Assembly (NCBI RefSeq): GCF_009914755.1
Contig: NC_060944.1
Strand: one strand, 5' to 3'
Origin: the human T2T-CHM13v2.0 reference genome, Homo sapiens
Length of the DNA stretch: 64,000 bases
The position numbers and the translations under genes are program-made. The notes beneath the pieces are model-generated. The model worked only from the letters and a program-made list of their open reading frames with translations. It was not told where the DNA came from and ran no database searches. Shown here in pieces: positions 46,910 to 60,075 of the stretch. The number at the start of each line of letters is the position of its first letter. Position 1 is the first letter of the stretch.

Positions 46910-47132
46910 AGGCTAGGCGCAGTGGCTCACGCCTATAACCCCAGCACTTTCAGAGGCTGAGGCTGGCGGATCACTTGAGATCAGGAGTTTGAGACCAGCC
47001 TGGCCAACATGATAAAACTCCATCTCTACTAAAAATACAAAAATTAGCCAGGTGCGGTGGCCGGCACCTGTAGTCTCAGCTGCTCAGGAGGCTGAGATGG
47101 GAGAATTGCTTGAACCTGGGAGACAGAGGTTG
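46910..47132 (+). mobile_element. 3'-truncated AluS
   Basis: Alu stops at GAGGTTG in the right arm. Confidence 0.88.
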
Positions 47133-47313
47133 AAGATCAGATGGTTGTAGGTGTGAAGCCTTATTTCTGGGCTCTCCATTCTGTTCCATTGGTCTATGTA
47201 TCTGTTTTTGTACTAGTGCCATGCTGTTACTGTTACTGTTACTGTAGCCCAGGAGTATAGTTTGAAGTCGGGTAACCTGTTGCCTCCAGCTTCATTCTTT
47301 TTGTGTAGGATTG
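47129..47313 (-). mobile_element. L1P ORF2 internal fragment
   Basis: TTGAAGATCAGATGGTTGTAGGTG...CTGTTCCATTGGTCTATG...AGTATAGTTTGAAGTC. Confidence 0.8.
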
Positions 47314-47949
47314 AACTGGCCCAATCTCTATTCCCATTGCTGCTGCCTTTGTTCGAGCCCTTTAATTTCTGATGAGACTCCTGCAGTGGTCAGGTCAGGT
47401 TAGTAGATTTCCTCCAGGTTCTTTTCTTTCCCCATACATAGATTCAAACTATTTTCTTTGCCTGGAAAACAAATGCTTTCCTGAATATGAATTTAAAGTC
47501 ACATCTTATTACAGTTTTTAGGTACACAGATTTTAGGCATTTTCATGTTTTTCATCAGAAGAGCTGTTTGCCAGCCCTAGGAGTGGCACAGGTGGCACCC
47601 AGAGATCTCGTAGGAGATTGGATCTCTACAGAGCTTTTCTTACACATCCCCCTTCCCTCTGGGGGGAAAGAGACCTGTCAGGGTCTATTCTTTCTTGGCT
47701 GGACAACCCAGAGGAAGCCCCAGAGTTGTTCAGGGGCTCATGCTCTTTCCAGACTCTACCTCAGCAAGTCATTTGTGTGGGCACCTCTTAGACTGTGTCA
47801 TTATCAATAACTGCAGCCCCTCCATAATCTCATTTCTAAACGTTCCACATTCCACCCTGCTTCTTCTGTGGTGGACACTGTTGGTGCCTTGCCCAGATCT
47901 GTTTATCTTTACCTGGCTGGTGCAGTGCACCCAGTCACCTGATGCTGTG

Positions 47950-48431
47950 CAATTTGGCTGTTGTCAGTTCATAGCTGACCCTTTCTCTGAAGAATTCTCT
48001 CAGCAGATTGGAGCTGTCTTACCCAGGAACACCTAGAATACTATGCTCTATCCCCAGGATGTCCCCTAGTGTAGTGACCAACCAGTTTGCCTGGAACTCT
48101 CCCAGTTTTAGCACTGAGTCTTGTATCCCAAGAAACCCCTCAGTACTGGACGAAATGGGATGGTCACCCTGGCCCCCAGCTGCTGACTGGCTGGATGGAG
48201 GTACATGAGTCTGACCCTGCTTCTACATGGGAAAATTCATGTTCCAGGGCTCCCCTTGGGATCAGGCCAAAGCTATACTTCAACTGAGACCACCTTTTTA
48301 CTTATCCTCTCCTTCCTACTACCTTGCTTGTCTCACTTCCTGATGTTTGTCAAAAGAGTATTCCCTCAGTAAATCACTTGTACAGGAATCTCTATCTCCA
48401 GCTCTGCTTGCAGGGAATCTTACCTGAGACA
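47950..48431 (+). mobile_element. MLT1-family (MaLR) LTR
   Basis: 3' motif TTCCCTCAGTAAATCACTTGTACAGGAATC...CTCTGCTT...ACCTGAGACA. Confidence 0.55.
48070..48171. mobile_element. MER81-like hAT-Blackjack MITE
   Basis: GTGACCAACC...GTTTTAGCACTGA...AAACCCCTCAGT...GGTCACCCT. Confidence 0.7.
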
Positions 48432-48479
48432 CTTTTCAATCTTTTCAGATATTTCTCTCTAATACCCTAACAGTGTTTG

Positions 48480-50910
48480 ATCTCCACATGGGTCCATAAT
48501 TCATTGATTCTTTCTCTCTCCCTCTCCTGTTCTCCTTCTTAACTCTAATATCTTCTTTTCATTTTTCAGATTCCTACCACCTTTCCTTCTGTTTTCATTC
48601 TCAGTTAATGGCCTTGCTTCCTGCTTCTCTTTTGAAAGATAAAGGTCAGAAAATGATTTCCACAAACTCCTACCACCACATTTCCCCTTCACCTATATCT
48701 GTGCCCCTTTATGGTCATCTTTTCTGTAGATCAGTGCTGTCTCATAGAAGTTTCAGGCATCATTCAAATGTTCTGTATTTACCCTGTTGTGTCACTGGCC
48801 ACATGTGGTTATTTCATACCTGAAATATGGCTAGTGTGACTTAGGAGCTGAATTTTTTATTTTCCATTCTTAGTTCTTATCTTACTTGATCTGGCACCAA
48901 CATTTGATACAGTTATCCTTCCCTCCTCTTTTAAACACTTTCTTTAGTTGGCTTCTAGGACACCACATCCCCTTGATATTTTTTTTAATTCCATATTCCT
49001 TCTCAGCCTCTTTAGCTGGTTTCTCTTCAGCTGACTGACTTCTGAATGATGTCAGACCAGGGCTTAACCCTTGGTCCATTGCTGCCTGTTTATTCACTCT
49101 TTTGGTGACCTCATATAGTATCTTGGCCTTTATACTTGGTGACTCTCAAATTTGTATTTGCAGCCTAGACTTTTTACCTGATCCCCTATCTCCAGCTCTT
49201 TAATTGACATCTCAACCTTCTGGCTGTGTACTAGGCATCTTATGCTCAGCATGTCCCACACTCATCTTTTTCTCAAGGCTGCTCTTCCCCCAGATGTCCC
49301 TATCTCAGTTAATGGCCACTCCATCCTTCTATTTACTTAAGGCAGAAATCTTGGGTCATCTGTGACTTCTTGTTTCTTCACACCCCGTATTGGTATATTT
49401 GTGAGTTATCTCATGCTACATAACAAATTACCACAAACTTAGCAGCTTAAAACAGTTTGCATTTATTATCACCATTTCAGTTGGTCAGGAGTCCTCTGTA
49501 ATCAAGGTGTCAGCTGGCCTGCATTCTCATCTAGAGGCCTGAGTGAGGAAGAATTCATTTCCAAGCTCACTTAGGTTGCTGGCAGAATCAATTTCCTTGT
49601 AGTTATAGAACCGAGGGTCCCAGCTTTCTGCTGGCTATTGACTTGAGGCTGTCCTTAATTTACGGAGGCTGCCTTCAGCTCCTAGAGCTTACCTCAGTTC
49701 CTAGAGGCCACCCAGTTTCTTGTCAGCTGAGCTTCACCAGTATAGCTGCTTACTTCATCAGGCCACAAGAAGAGTCTCTAGACTGAGTCTGCTAGCAGGA
49801 TGGATGTCACAGAAATGATATCCTATCATCTTCGCCATATTCTGTTTGTTAAAAGCAAGTCATAGATCCTGCTTACCTCCTAGGGGAGGGGATTGTACAT
49901 GGTTATGAATACCAGGAGGTGGACATCATGAGGACTACCCCAGTGTCTGTCTGACACGATAGGTCATATCTTGTTAGCTCTACCTTTAGAATCTGTCCCA
50001 AATCTGATCACCTCTAGTGCTGCCACCATGAGAAGAGAAGGTAAAATTAAAGGCATGAAAGTGATTGTGCCTTCTGCTGTTATACTAGATGTTATGAAAG
50101 ACACATATTTACCATTATGTGATTTTACCCTAACATCCTCCCTGTCTCTTGAAGCAAGAAATCTGGGAATCTTTAGATATTTCCATATGTTCTTCTCTTC
50201 GTACCATAATTTCATATTAAGCCCTCTCAACTCTGTCACCAAATACATGTCATATTTATTCTTTTTATGTACAGCCTGCTGTTATCTCTTACTTAGTCTT
50301 CAGCAGTAGGTTTCTATCAAATCTGTTCATTTCCATTTATTCCTATTAATCAAATTGCTAAACATGAACTGGGGTGCCATTGAACAATATAAATAATATC
50401 ATTTACTACCTTCTTAAAACCCATCAGTGTCTTGCCTTTGGACTTAATGGCCCTGCATGATGTGACCACTGTTTACCTTCCCAGACTCAGTCTTTTCCTC
50501 TCCTGCCATCATTCACAGCACTCCTGCCCCACCAACCTGCTTTCTTACTCAAAACGTACAGTGTACATCATTACCTTAAGAGCCTGTGTGTTTGCCCTTC
50601 CCTTGGTCTAGACTGTTCCTGCTATTGTGCCTCAGGGCTGGTGTCTTCTCACCCTTTAGATCTCAGTGTGGTTTTCCCAGAGAGATCTTCTCTGACCATC
50701 CAGTTCAGACATTTCTCCCTGTTCTTTTTTATAGTCCTCATTTTCTTTATGGCAGTGTTAGTGATTTTTTGTTATGTCAGTGCACACTGTTGTACTTGCT
50801 CTTTGTCTGCCTTTGCCAAGTTCTTCAAGGTTAGGGACCTTGTTTACTCACTGCACTCAGAGCTTAGCTCATAGAAGGTACTCAGATAGGTATTTATCAG
50901 ATAAACGGGG
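48480..50910 (+). mobile_element. L2 fragments interrupted by MLT1 and a short MER-like piece
   Basis: ORF 48882..49097 region; ATGTCCCTATCTCAGTTAATGGC; 3' end TAGAAGGTACTCAGATA. Confidence 0.55.
49392..49956. mobile_element. MLT1-family (MaLR) LTR
   Basis: TAACAAATTACCACAAACTTAGCAGCTTAAAAC...TGGCAGAATCAATTTCCTTG motifs. Confidence 0.7.
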
Positions 50911-51146
50911 GAGTAAATGATTTATTTCCTTCACAAACATCTGTTCCTGGAAATATTAATATCACCTATTACTTTTTTTTGACTGACATACTTCATGAGC
51001 CACATTGTTTTTTAGATCATAACTTTTTTTTTCTACTGATCAAAACATGATTTTCTACAGCTTTATTTGTTTCACGTAAATATTAGCATAGTTCCAAATA
51101 ATGAACTTTCATGAAAAGTTAATTTAGTGATTCATTTTAGAAGTAG

Positions 51147-51504
<358 letters not shown>

Positions 51505-51857
51505 AGATTACAGATTTTATAGTCATTTATACTCTTACATGAAAGTATTTTAGGAATTGCTCTTCCTGTCATTTTCCTCACAGTCCTGTTAACGCAAAAC
51601 TTTTTAGTTGCATTAAAAAGCAATTCCCATTTTGTTACCCAATGGTCCTCTTGTGAAATAAGTGGTCTTGGTCCCCTGGATTAAGATTGCCAGTTGAAAC
51701 TTCATTACCAAATTTCCTTCTCTTGAGCAGAAAAGCTTTTTTTAAGTTTAAAAAAAAATAGTAAGAAATCAGTCAGCAGTCAACCAAATAAGCAAAGTAG
51801 CATCACCGAATCCAATAAATGTTAAAGCAGGCTCATGGAACACCAAGTGTGACCTGA

Positions 51858-51861
<4 letters not shown>

Positions 51862-51889
<28 letters not shown>

Positions 51890-52171
51890 GAGACGGAGTC
51901 TCGCTGTCGCCCAGGCTGGAGTGCAGTGGCGTGATCTCGGCTCACTGCAGGCTCCGCCCCCTGGGGTTCACGCCATTCTCCTGCCTCAGCCTCCCGAGTA
52001 GCTGGGACTACAGGCGCCCGCCACCTCGCCCGGCTAATTTTTTGTATTTTTTTAGTAGAGACGGGGTTTCACCGTGTTAGCCAGGATGGTCTCGATCTCC
52101 TGACCTCGTGATCCACCCGCCTCGGCCTCCCAAAGTGCTGGGATTACAGGCGTGAGCCACCGCGCCCGGCC
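51862..52171 (-). mobile_element. Young AluY variant (Yk-like diagnostics)
   Basis: T~28 tail; TSD GACCTGACCTCTT; CTGCAGGCTCCGCCCCCTGGGGTTC, CCACCTCGCCC and a 2-bp deletion. Confidence 0.92.
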
Positions 52172-54149
52172 GACCTGACCTCTTACATACCCCACAGAAA
52201 CCACACTCGGGGAGATTCTGATAATTCTCGGTGATAGCCCAAAATCTGGAAGGAAGCAAACTGAGTGAGCATTACTGTTTTTGACTGTAACTGAAGAGTA
52301 GGAGACATAGTTGCTGGGGAGGATCAGGTGAAAGGGGGAGAAATTGACCAAGTGGCTGATTCCCTACCCAGAACTCAGAGCTTCTATTTAAATTAGAATA
52401 TGATCTGAGCACTGTGGTAGACCACAAACAAAATCTCAGAGGAGAGGAGAGTCTGGGTATTTTATTCTAACAGACTGCACTCTCATCTGAGCCCCAACAT
52501 TTCCTTAGACTTCAGAAGAGTAGATAGAACATAAAATACCAGCCCTCACACTAAAGCTATGGAAAGGATAGAAATTCGATAAACTTGTCTTAGATACAGT
52601 GGGAACAGAATTGAGAAATCACCCACACTTTGCAAATAAAATGTCTGGAGAGCTATGTGTAACCTCAAACAAGATGAAAGAAGTGGCATCGTAGCTAGTG
52701 CAAATATTCTATGATGAAAAAATAAAGAGGAAGAAAGACTGCAGCCTGTAAAATCTAACAAGAACCCATCATGGAGGAAAAGCAGCTTCAAGGAGCAGAA
52801 GGAGATTCCTTCCAACTGCTTCGTGCTGCAGATCAACTTAATGAGAATTTGAGTTCAGAAAAACAAGCTAGAAGACAAGATGATAATAACAGAAGAATTG
52901 GGAGGCTGTAGGCCTAAAGAAATACGAATAAATTAGATACAGCAAAAATTAGAATGAAAATTTAATTACTGACAGGTTGAGATAATTGTAGTAATACATT
53001 GGGAAAAAAACCAGAAAAGCAAAAACACACAAAGGACAGAAGGTGATCAAATAGAACTATAATTGCGGTCACTGAAGAAAAGAACCTAACACACGTAACA
53101 GACAGATTGAAACAGCACAAGGTGTTTCAGAAAAATTTCATAGTTTCTTCATGACAAAACCTGATTTGATCAAGTTATTGAACTTTTTGTGCTTGGAGTG
53201 TATCCAAGAAAAATAAAGTCATTGAACTTTTGGGATAAAGGACAAATTATTATTTGGGAGGCCTCAGGTAGTTCTGTGCTATCTGCTGTTTGGGGTCATG
53301 TCTAGTCTCCACAGAGCCTTTGCCTTGGTCTTTAGGTGGCCCGATTGGGTTACCAGGCCATTATGGAGTTTGAAACCTGTACCCTGTGGTACATGATGGT
53401 CATTGGCTTGCCAGCCATCCTAGAGGGGTCGAGGGAGGTGCTGTCACTCTATGGAAGACATCTTTTTCTGAATTTCTGGAATCTATCTTTGCTTATTTGC
53501 TTGCTTAGGTCTTAGAATTAGTTGTTCACTATTCTGTTATCTTGGATTCAGCTCCCAGAAGGTGCATTTATCTCGTACTTTTTTGTACGAGATACTTTTT
53601 TATGTTTTAAAACATAAAATTTATGTTTTATTGCATCAGTATCGTTCTTGTCTTATGTTTTTTTTTCTCTGTGTTGAGAGATGATTAACAGCATGTTGTT
53701 TAAGTGTCTTCTGATGGTTCACCTTAGCCAGATTATGGGGACCTGCCAGCACCTATGTGTCTCTGACAAGCTCTTGGTCTGACTTGTTGACAGAAGAGGA
53801 GCAAAATACATTAAGAGACAGATTGGGCACTCTCCGTGCCCTTTAACAGAAATGTGGAGACCTGTTTCTGTCCTTCCTCTGTTTCTTTCCTTTCTTTTAA
53901 ACATACAGAAACAAGCCTCTGGCTTGAACATAAAGTCTATATGTGTAGTTGGAAGCTATATGAGTCCTTCTCAGGAAACACCTTTCATAGCCAGAATTCC
54001 AAAAAAGCTTTGCAGTGGTATGCAGTCCATTTTATAAAAACATATTCCTGGATGGATTTATTTCTATTTGAAGTAAAATACAATATCATGTCATAAAAAA
54101 AATAGAGGTTGCGGGTAGGCAGAGAAGAAGAGAGAATGAGAATGATTCA

Positions 54150-54720
54150 GAATTCTTCAGGCTTCCAGGCAGAAAAGCAAACCATGAAAAAAGAGGGAAA
54201 TAAGCTGGCCACAGACTTCTCCGTAGCAACATTTTCAGTACCAGCAGTGTTCAAGGGAGCAACATCTGCGAAGTTCTGGAGGAAAAAAAGGATGGTCCAA
54301 GAATAGTGTACCCAGCCAAGGTGTCATTCTGCTGTAAAGCTGGCAGGCAGATATTCTCAAACAAGAGTGAATTCAGGGAAAGAGTACTATGAGCTCTACT
54401 TAAACAAAACAAAACAAAAACCCTCTTGACAGTGAAATCCAGAGGAGAATTGAAGAGCTCAAGAAAGAGAAGTTGTGGTAAAAGGACTGTGAGGAGATTG
54501 AGTCAGCTAAAATTCAGGACTAAATAACTATGGAATTACTGTTATTGAATGTAGTGCAAATGTTAAGGACCTGGACATTGTAAAAATTTTATAACAAAAA
54601 TTGGAAGAAGAAATGAGAGGCAATGTGAGTGCTAAGATTTTTCAACTTTCAAAGCAAGAAGTTAGTGAATTCTGTACAAAAATAAATTGCATATAACTTT
54701 AAATTCAACCTCTAAATAAT
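54150..54720 (+). mobile_element. Old L1ME/HAL1-like ORF1 3' fragment
   Basis: TGGCCACAGACTTCTCC...AGAATAGTGTACCCAGCCAAG motifs. Confidence 0.45.
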
Positions 54721-56259
54721 TTTTCATGTATTTTTAAGAGTGCAATATTCCAAAAATATGCAAAATAATAGTTATGTGCAATTAATATTTAATAGTTGTC
54801 ACCATTTGTTGTATTTGCTTCAGATCTTGTATAAAATATTTAAGATAAAAGGAAAGGCTTAGAGAAAATTAACATCAATGGATTCACCACCGGCTTAGAA
54901 ATTAAAACACTGCTAACACAGTTGAAGTCCCTTGCATGTCCCTCCAAAGTCCCAGAGATAACCTGTATCCTGATTTTGGTGTCAGTTGTTCATACTTTCA
55001 TATATATGTTATACTTTACATATATGTTATACATTACAGATATATGAAAGTATAGTAGAATTAATAAATTTTCTGTTTTTAGTCTTTATAGAAACAATAT
55101 TCTGCAGTGTGCTATTTTAGCTTAACATTGTTTTGAGATTTATGTTGACATATGTTGCTGGCGTATATTTTTCATTCTGTATACTTATTCTTTATGTTAT
55201 CTATCTGGATATATTACCATTTATTTGTTGATTTTCAATGGATGGACATTTATTTGTATTCTTTTTTGCTATTGTGATAAACTTTCTTATACCTTTATGC
55301 TTATATATGATAATGTTTTTCAAGATTTTTTAAATACTTGGAATATCCAGGTAAACTTTTATAGAAAAGAAACATTTACTTAAGATATAACAATATCATT
55401 TCTTTTTGTTTTTTTTCTATTTTATGAAAATAATTAAAATCAACACTTTATTAACAGTATCCTCATATGCATAGAAAGATGTCTGGAATGATGTTTACTT
55501 AATGATATTTATTTCTAGATCATGGAATGTGGCATCTTTTAAAAAAAACTTTTAGCTCTTTATTCTTTGTATTGGTTACATTCTTTATAATGAACATGTA
55601 TGATTTTCATAAAAACAGTAGAGTTTTTCTCAAAAGCAAAAACTCAAAAGTGAGTACTTTAAGATACTGAATGTGATTATTGAATAATGCATGAATAAGT
55701 ATAAATTGCATGGCAGGATTATAAATTATTTTCTTTTTGGCATTTTTGTATTTTAAGGTCTTTATATTCGTAGTACAAGTGAAATGCTATAATGGTATTC
55801 TGGCTTTTGAAAATGTATTTTTAGTCAATTATATAAAGAAAAGGAAAGATTAGTAATTTTCTTTTACTTAATTATCATCCCTTTTTTGGTACCTATCTTC
55901 AGTTTCTCATGATTAAATAAAAGAAAAGTTATTGTAATAAAATTTTGAGCCCCTTGAGTACAATGCAACCTTTAAATGATTTAGACTGTGTATAGAAGAG
56001 GTTTTCAGGAAGTGTTAGAACCTTCCAGTAGCTTTGTATTCCTTTCTTTTCCCAGGATTTTGTAGTCCAGCTCCTCTTCCTGAGTTATCACTTGTCCAGT
56101 GGGCCCAGGTGTCAGGTTTATTTGTGAAGGTGACAAGTGCCCCCCTACATCCATGGTGGATTTAGTGAGCATCTCCAAACTGGATTATGTCACAAATAAA
56201 ATAGTATGAGATGTTCTGTCTTATTAGTTGGGTGAAAATATGATCTGTTTGTTTTGTAG

Positions 56260-56350
56260 GTATGACCTTGCTTCTAGGGAGTGGCTTCCACTAAACCGTT
56301 CTGTGAACAATGTGGTTGTTAGATATGGTCATTCTTTGGCATTATACAAG
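56260..56350 (+). CDS. ATRN: ATRN exon 7 (91 bp), kelch: YDLASREWLPLNRSVNNVVVRYGHSLALYK
   Basis: Acceptor gttttgtag|G, donor AAG|gtaaag; kelch YD...W and RYGHS motifs. Confidence 0.96.
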
Positions 56351-56894
56351 GTAAAGCATCTCCACTCTGTGCTAAGCAAGAAACTAAGTTTTCCTCAGTT
56401 ACTTCATGTATTACATAGTTGAAAAGCTACCTCAGTGTTGGTTTTTAATTGGGGAAAACTTTTTATTGGGGGCATTATATAATTGGCTAAGTTATAAGTA
56501 GAAATTAAAATGGAAACTTTTTTAACTCAAGAGATTTTAATGGCTTCAAACTGTAATGGGGTATTATAATAATGGCACTAAATGGTTAAAGATGTAGATT
56601 AAAAAGTGTAGATTAGCTTTTATTCTCATAAGCAAGTTTAGCCAAGAATAGCCACATTGTAATGTGGCTGAACAAACATTTTCATTTCCTCATTTTTATA
56701 GATAGATGGTAGGATGAGGCAACTTTATTTTTCCAAGTCCTTTTATACTATAAAAGATTCATGTGAGGAAGTCCAAGAAAACTGGTGAAGTATTAGAGAT
56801 GTAAAATATGATTAGTTTTATTTCCCTTTTCCCTTTTTTTATCCTTTTCCTAGTAACTCACTGAAAGGCGCCTTTTGCTAACCCTTAAAATTTT

Positions 56895-57433
56895 TTTTAA
56901 TTTATTTTTTACTGAGGTAAAATATACGTATATAATGGTACCATCTTTACCATTTTTAAGTGTACAGTTTGGTGGTAATAAATATATTTACATTCTTTTT
57001 TTCCTTCTTCATTCTCCCCCACCAGCCTGCCAGCCTCTGGTAACCACCAGTCTACTCTCTATCTTCATGAGATCCACTTTTTTAGCTCCCACATATGATT
57101 GATAATGTGATATTTGTCTCTGTGCTTGGCTTATTTTACTTAACATAATGACCTCCAGTTCAGTCCATGTTGCTACAAAATGACTGGATGTCATTCTTTT
57201 TAACGGCTGAATAATGCTCCATTGTGTATATATACACCACATTTTCTTTATCTAATTATCCATTGATAGACACGTTGATTCCATGTTTTGGCTATTGTCA
57301 ATTGTGCTGCAATTAACATGGGAGTGCAGATATCTCTTTGATATGTTCATTTCCATTCTTTTGGATATATACCCAGTATCGAAATTGTTGGATCATAGGG
57401 TAGTTCTATTTTTAGTTTCTTGACTAACCTTTT
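56895..57433 (-). mobile_element. L1MA-type 3' end
   Basis: ORF 57009..57242 (WTELEVIMLSKISQAQ); GGGAGTGCAGATATCTCTTTGA. Confidence 0.8.
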
Positions 57434-57528
57434 TTAAGCTGAGAATAATATTGAGCTTTTGTTCTTCTCTGTTCTCAGATTTAATCTTTTCAATGTTTTT
57501 AAAAATTTTGTTTGCATTTTTTTCCTAG

Positions 57529-57772
57529 GATAAAATTTACATGTATGGAGGAAAAATTGATTCAACTGGGAATGTGACCAATGAGTTGAGAGTTTTTCAC
57601 ATTCATAATGAGTCATGGGTGTTGTTGACCCCTAAGGCAAAGGAGCAGTATGCAGTGGTTGGGCACTCTGCACACATTGTTACACTGAAGAATGGCCGAG
57701 TGGTCATGCTGGTCATCTTTGGTCACTGCCCTCTCTATGGATATATAAGCAATGTGCAGGAATATGATTTGG
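57529..57772 (+). CDS. ATRN: ATRN exon 8 (244 bp), kelch: DKIYMYGGKIDSTGNVTNELRVFHIHNESW...VVGHSAH...VIFGHCPLYGYISNVQEYDL
   Basis: Acceptor tttttcctag|GAT, donor TTGG|gtaggt; ORF 57541..57849. Confidence 0.96.
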
Positions 57773-57904
57773 GTAGGTATATTTTTTCCAGTAGATGCCT
57801 TTTGAACATCAGATTTAAAACCTCTAAGCTTATTATTTTGACTGTTTAGAAAGGTTCAACCTAATCTTGATTCGGTACTTTATCTTGAAACATAGTAAAC
57901 ACTG

Positions 57905-58227
<323 letters not shown>

Positions 58228-58602
58228 TTAACATTGATGTATTACCAGTGAAATGCAGATTATCGATGCTCCTATGTAGTATGTATTTGTTACTGTCAAT
58301 TTGGTAAGGAGCCAAAGATGACGCAAAGTGCTTTGGGTATTTAAAATAAATAAATAAAAATGGTTCAAAACAATAAATATTGAAGAAAAAAAATATTTGC
58401 CCAGCCCTTTAGAGATTGGTTTAGTGGAGTATGATTTACCCTTAATATGAAATATTTCCCTTGGTTAAATTTCATTGTATCTGTTGTTGTGCAGTAGGAA
58501 TACCAGGTATAATTAACATTTTGTGAAAGTAGGCCTATAAAATATATCTGTATATTGGTCACCAAAGGTTGTAGGGAATTAAATGTTCATTTGAGTGAAC
58601 AT

Positions 58603-58892
58603 TTTATTTATTGAGACAGGCTCTTGCTCTCTCACACAGGCTGGAGTGCAGTGGCACAATCATAGCTCACTGCAGCCTTGATGCCCTGTCCTCAAGTGAT
58701 CCTCCCACCTTAGCCTCCCTAGTAGCTGGGACTACAGGTGCGTGCCACCACTCCTGGCTAATTTTTTAATTTTAGTAGAGATGGGATCTTGCTATGTTGC
58801 CCAGGCTGGCCAACATAGCAGGCCTCAAGTGATCCTCCCACTTTAGCCTCCCAAAGTGCTGGGATTACACATGTAAGCCACTTCGCCTGGCC
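58603..58892 (-). mobile_element. AluJ with an internal hairpin scar
   Basis: Antisense Alu dimer. Confidence 0.88.
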
Positions 58893-59142
58893 CTGAGTGT
58901 TTTAAATTTAGTTAATTCTTTTCCTACATGGCATATTAGAACATCAGAACATAGAACAGACTGGAATTGGGCCACATGGCTTTGTTATAAGTTTTAGGTG
59001 GCTTTCTTTAAAATATAAAGATAAAAAAGTATATGTATCAGGTCTCCTGAAATCCATTCTCATGCCCTAAGCTCTTTGGACATTTTCAGTAGTAGAGAGG
59101 AGGAGCCTGCCATGCTTGCCTTTAACTGTCTTTCCTTTCCAG

Positions 59143-59326
59143 ATAAGAACACATGGAGTATATTACACACCCAGGGTGCCCTTGTGCAAGGGGGTTACGG
59201 CCATAGCAGTGTTTACGACCATAGGACCAGGGCCCTATACGTTCATGGTGGCTACAAGGCTTTCAGTGCCAATAAGTACCGGCTTGCAGATGATCTCTAC
59301 CGATATGATGTGGATACCCAGATGTG
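59143..59326 (+). CDS. ATRN: ATRN exon 9 (184 bp), kelch: KNTWSILHTQGALVQGGYGHSSVYDHRTRALYVHGGYKAFSANKYRLADDLYRYDVDTQM(W)
   Basis: Acceptor ctttcctttccag|AT, donor TG|gtgggt; frame closes with exon 10. Confidence 0.94.
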
Positions 59327-60075
59327 GTGGGTACTTTTTCTTGAGCTTTCACTTTAAGGTGTAAATTCTGTAGAGGCAATTGTGGAGAAAATATTGTGCT
59401 ATCTTTTTGTTTTCATGCCTGGCAGATAATTCTGTTCGGCATTATATATAGAGAAATTGGGAAATAAACAGAGGGTAATAAAGTAGCTAGTATTTATTTT
59501 GTTACGTTATTCTGTAATTCTGTAGCAGGTTGGTTAGAAAATACTTAGAGTTTTTTAACAAATGTAAAGCAAATTTGAGTTACGAAATAATGTAATTATA
59601 AAGCGATGGTTTCTCCTCTTTTTCCTCACATGTTTGATACCTTGCTATGGGTACTGTTTTATATTCTGTCATAAAAATAATCATTTTTAGTAGCTGTGCA
59701 ATACTCCATTTTGTGGGTATGCTGAGACTATGCAGGTGAAAGTTTTGGTTTCTTTCTAGTTTTTATGTCATTAAGAAACCATTATGCATTAAGCTTCTGT
59801 CAATATTTCACATGATTTCTGCCCAGAAACTGGAATTATATAGCTACGGGGTATGAAGAGTTTAAGGTTCTTAATATATTTTGCCAAAACTCTTACAGGT
59901 CTTTAAAATTATCTGTATTTATTGTTGAAAAACTTACTTTTATGTAGGGAAAACTCTGGAAGGATTTGTACATTTGGGTCTGAGGTTAATAAAGTGGTTG
60001 TGCTTGCATTAGCAGATACATAAATATTCTTTAAAAACTAACCTTGTATTTATTATTTCTAAATAAACTCAAAAG

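Noticed and set aside
47487-48287. Cluster of overlapping + strand ORFs in intron 6 as a possible nested gene
   Set aside because: No recognisable domain, partly within MLT1/MER81 repeats, and no convincing promoter or splice structure.
59327-60075. U12-type (minor) intron, suggested by the missing polypyrimidine tract
   Set aside because: The donor is GTGGGT, not RTATCCTT, and there is no TCCTTAAC branch box close to the acceptor.
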